DNA of 27,381 nucleotides from Chiloscyllium plagiosum. Its lineage: Eukaryota. The notes below the pieces were generated by a model. The model was not told the origin of the DNA. It worked only from the letters and a program-made list of their open reading frames with translations, and ran no database searches. The number at the start of each line of letters is the position of its first letter. Positions within the stretch are counted from its first letter, which is position 1. The stretch covers positions 7,426,063 through 7,453,443 of the forward strand of contig NC_057751.1 of NCBI RefSeq assembly GCF_004010195.1, given 5' to 3'. Shown piece after piece: positions 23,684-27,381 of this stretch. The position numbers and the translations under genes are program-made.

Positions 23684-24017
23684 GAAAAATGTGGTGCTGG
23701 AAAAACACAGCAGACTAGGTGAATTGGCCATGCTAAATTGCCTGTAGTGTTCGGTAAGGGGTAAATGTAGGGGTATGGGTGGGTTGCACTTCGGCGGGAC
23801 GGTGTGGACTTGTTGGGCCGAAGGTCCTGTTTCCACACTGTAAGTAATCTAATCTAATCTAATCTAATCGAAAACCAGGCAGCATCTGAGGAGCAGGAAA
23901 GGGCTTATGCCTGAAACGTCGATTCTCCTGCTCCTCGGATGCTGCCTGGCCTGCTGTGTTTTTCCAGCACCACATTTTTCAACTCTGGTCGCCAGCATCT
24001 GCAGTCCTCACTTTCTC
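23684..24017. mobile_element. Palindromic family A element with nested truncated HE1 SINE
   Basis: TSD CTGAAGAAGATAT/CTGAAGAAGGTAT (23671-23683, 24018-24030). Left arm broken by SINE; hairpin centre including CTGATGA missing. Confidence 0.85.
23717..23874 (+). mobile_element. 5'-truncated HE1-like SINE (3' half)
   Basis: AGGTGAATTGGCCATGCTAAATTG...GGCCGAAGG.CCTGTTTCCACACTGT + (TAATC)n, matching 7371-7510. Confidence 0.9.
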
Positions 24018-24479
24018 CTGAAGAAGGTATCTCCTGAAGATGGTTGTTAATCAGTGACCAAATGGACAAGAATCTGGCACATGGAGTATCAACATGGGAC
24101 AATGACAAGTTCAAATTTGGTGTGAAGAATAAGCATTTAGCTATTGCAACAGTGATTAAGTGGAAGTTTGTAAGTGCAGGGAGATTTGGGTTTTGTGATG
24201 CATGATTTGCACCAACGTTGTGTGTCGGAGAGACACACAGAACAAGCACATAGGCTGAGAGCACATTTCCAATACTGCTTTTGAACTCTTTCCCTTAAGA
24301 TCTAAAAGGGAGGTCACGGGTGGTTTTATTTTCAAATTCAGCTGATAAACTGAAGCAGGCCATTTAGCCCTTAACCTTGACAGTGACTGGTCTGCTGTTG
24401 ACATTGACTCTTTAATGCCCTTAACTCCACATTGTTTCAAACATACATGCAAGTTCTTCAGTGACTTCTGGTGATCTTG

Positions 24480-25733
24480 GAGAAAGTGAGGACTGCACAT
24501 GCTGGAGGTCAGAGTGAAGAATGTGGTGCTGGAAAAGCACAGCTGGTCAGGCAACACCCAAGGCGAGGAGAATCAGTATTTTGGGCGTAAGCCCTTCACC
24601 AGGAATGAGACTTGTGGGCAGGACGGCTGAGAGATAAATGGAAGGGGGAATGTAGGTAGATGAAGGTGGGGGAAAAGGTGATAGGTCGGAGAGGAGGGTG
24701 GAGCGGACACGTGAAGAGGGTGGTACTGAGTTGGAAGATTGGATCTGGGATTAGGTGGGGGTGGGGGGAGGGAAGTGAGGAAACTGGTGAAATCCATATT
24801 GATCCCGTGTGGTTGGAGGATTCCAAGGTGGAACATGAGGCGTTCTGCCTCCTGGTGTCAGGTGGTTAGGGTTTGGCTATGGACGAGGCCCAGGACCTGC
24901 ATGTTCTTCATGGAGTCGGAGGGGGAGTTGAAGTGTTCACCCACGGGGCAGTGGGATTGATTGGCATGAGTGTCCCAGAGTTGTTCTCTGAAACCATGTC
25001 TCCATCAGGGAGACAGGATGCCAACTCGCCTCTACATCGGGGAGACAGGGCGACAACTTGTGACCCTATCTGTGTTTCAGAGAGCCCATTTGATCCACGC
25101 TACCCAACACCCCCCGGCACCTTCTGCCACCGCAAGTAGTGCGAAAACCTGCACATGAACCTCCTCCCTCACCTCCGTCCAAGGCCCCAAAGGATCCTTC
25201 AACATCTGATAGAAATTTACCTGTCCTTCCGCACAAGTTATCAACTATATCTGCTGCACCCGATATGCTCTCCCCTACATTGGGGAGAGAGGTTGCCCAC
25301 TTGCGGAACGCTTCAGAGAAGATCTCCGGGACACCCGCATCGACCAACCCCACCATCCTGTGGCCGAACAGTTCAACTCCCCCTCCCACTCCATCAAGGA
25401 CATGGAGTTCCTGGGCTGCCTCCATCACCACACCCTGGAGGAAGAACGCCTCATCTTTTGCTTTGGTCCTGCGTGGTTGGAGGGTCCTAATGTGGATTTC
25501 ACCAGTTTCCTCATTTCCCTTCCCCCGGTCCTCAGCCTCCAACTTGGCACTGCCTTCTTGACCTATCCATCTTCCTTCCCACCAGTCCACTCCACCCTCC
25601 TCTTCAAGCTATCACCTTTTCCCCCACCTTCATGTACCTATAGCATTCCCAGATACCTCCCCAGCCCCTCCCTGGTCCACAAGCCTCATTTCTGATTAAG
25701 GGCTTATGCCCGAAATGTCAATTATTGTGTTCC
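24480..25733. mobile_element. Penelope-like retroelement insertion (GIY-YIG endonuclease region) with inverted architecture
   Basis: + strand 25005-25733: LYIGETGRQL, PGTFCHRK..KTC, YIGERGCPLAERFRE, PVAEQFNSPSHSIKDMEFLG, EEERLIFCFG. Minus strand 24480-~24995 carries the same 3' region with a complete terminus. TSD TCTGGTGATCTTG/TCTTGTGACCTTG (24467-24479, 25734-25746, 11/13). Confidence 0.88.
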
Positions 25734-26889
25734 TCTTGTGACCTTGATTGCAGAAGTAGATGGGGCAGATAATATGAAGCTTTCATGACACTCTGGGAGA
25801 GGATCAATACTTGGAACAAGAGGGTTGTATTCTGTGGATAGGTTGAGGCTACCAATCATTTAGTGATTGGTGCCTAGACTGAAGATGTTGATTGGGTTTG
25901 ATAAGATGTGGAAAGGTTGCTGCATCTTGTCTCAGGGCCTAAGTGTGGGAGTTTAAAGATAAAAATTCTGTTTCAAAGTGATCAAGGGAGTCAAAAATAT
26001 AAATTGGATTTGACAGGGGTGGATCAAGTGAATCACAGCACAGCACATCAGGTTATCTTCGAGACGAATGTGAAAATCGAAATCTGAACAGATCAGTACT
26101 GAGGGGCTGAATGTTGGAAATTGTCTCTTCCTTTGCAGTCTGCTTTGGTTCCACTGTTGTAATGGCACCCTGATTTCTTGGGTGGCCATTAGGAAATTGG
26201 AACCACAGAGCACAGCTTAAGGTCATCTCATTTCATCATTCACTCCCCCCCCCGCTCAATCTAGTTATATTTATTTGTGTACTACCAATCCACCAATAAT
26301 GCAGTAACTCCGGTTCGGGCAGCCAGATGTAATGTGAGCCTTTTGGGATGCAAGTGTCAACCTCTGTTATACAGCAGTTTAGGACCCTTGCTGCATTGCA
26401 GAATGCATTGTCTGATAACAGCCCATTTCAGTAGGCTGTTGTGCTATCTTGTCCAGTATTGCCCAAGTCAGTTGGTCAGTGAGAATGGGATTAGGGCATT
26501 TTCCTGTTTGGATGCAGACTTTGCAGATCTGAATTTGAGAGCATTCCAAGAGCAGTCAGTGATCTGAATTATAAGCAACTAAATATTGTGTGCTAGTTTT
26601 GGCTTGTTCCAGTGGTTGAAGATGGCTTGGTCTATGATATGCCATTCTGTGACATGCCAAAATGGGATCTCTTGCTGAAGTCTGCCGGGGGGTTGCGATC
26701 TCTCAGAAACAAGCCCTGTGCCAACATCTAACCAGATTTGCAACTATTCACTTGGAGATGGTCAAATGCATTCTTCTCCATCGCGGAGGGAGGGAGTGGA
26801 GGGGTGCTTTGTGACTTTTTGATCTGATCTATGAAAAGGCATGCTTGTAAGTCATAGATGCTAGTTTGTAAGGAGTACACATCATTGTG

Positions 26890-26983
26890 AGACTGGAGAC
26901 TGTGGTGCTGCAAAAGCACAGCAGGTCAGGCAACATCTGAGAAGCAGGAAAATTGACATTTCGGGCCCGAGCCCTTCATCAGG
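26890..26983 (-). mobile_element. Single-arm family A element with near-intact hammerhead-like core
   Basis: Minus strand 26983-26951 reads CCTGATGA-A-GGGC-TCGG-GCCC-GAAATGTC-AATT. Confidence 0.8.
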
Positions 26984-27024
26984 AGGGTAACTTGGAAACC
27001 TTTGGTGGTCTTTGTTCCTGAGAT

Positions 27025-27110
27025 CAAAACAATTGTTGGAAAATGTCAGCAGGTCTGGCAGCAGCTGAAGAGAGAAATTGGAGTTAGCGTTTTGGGTCCT
27101 GTAACCTCCC
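27025..27110 (-). mobile_element. Degenerate related Penelope-terminal repeat (third variant)
   Basis: TTGGAAAATGTCAGCAGGTCTGGCAGCA...GAGTTAGCGTTTTGGGTCC resembles family A arm layout. Confidence 0.5.
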
Positions 27111-27164
27111 CTCCCCTTGGCACATCTGTTCTTTTGGTTTTTGCTCACAGTTCCCAGTTTATGT

Positions 27165-27381
27165 CATAGAACATAGAACATAGAACAATACAGCGCAGTA
27201 CAGGCCCTTTGTCCCTCGATGTTGCGCCGATCCAAGCCCACCTAACCTATACTAACCCACTATCCTCCATATACCTATCCAATGCCCGCTTAAATGCCCA
27301 TAAAGAGGGAGAGTCCACCACTGCTACTGGCAGGGCATTCCATGAACTTACAACTCGCTGAGTGAAGAACCTACCCATAAC
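27165..27381 (-). mobile_element. CR1-type LINE 3' end, antisense, runs off the window
   Basis: (CATAGAA)3 tail; TACAGCGC..TACAGGCCCTT and TTAAATGCCC match the reverse complement of 18240-18373. Confidence 0.88.

Noticed and set aside
25066..25590. Longest ORF in the track (174 aa, minus strand)
   Set aside because: Antisense reading of decayed Penelope sequence; no independent coding signal.
25800..25990. Possible degraded CR1 fragment (also 6380-6490)
   Set aside because: Too decayed to delimit or support.
21693..27381. Next expected SEMA4C exon (EP.FV...DDDK.YFFF)
   Set aside because: Not found by eye or in the ORF track; presumably downstream of the window.

Overview
Eukaryotic (vertebrate) genomic DNA, most likely from a cartilaginous fish, judged from HE1/V-SINE and shark-type CR1 and Penelope repeats (recognised from memory, not searched). 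The window lies inside a + strand class-4 semaphorin gene, best match SEMA4C. Five phase-compatible Sema-domain exons are present (10249-10400, 15960-16022, 16467-16565, 19727-19823, 21576-21692), and the gene continues beyond the window. The introns hold decayed CR1-type LINEs, HE1 SINEs, two copies of an LTR-like repeat and a Penelope-like (GIY-YIG) retroelement. The most notable structure is a set of short Penelope-derived insertions from two families. They are often palindromic, carry 13-15 bp target-site duplications and contain minimal hammerhead-ribozyme cores. One is an almost perfect 88-bp hairpin with an intact core. Most ORFs in the supplied track are repeat-derived or spurious.
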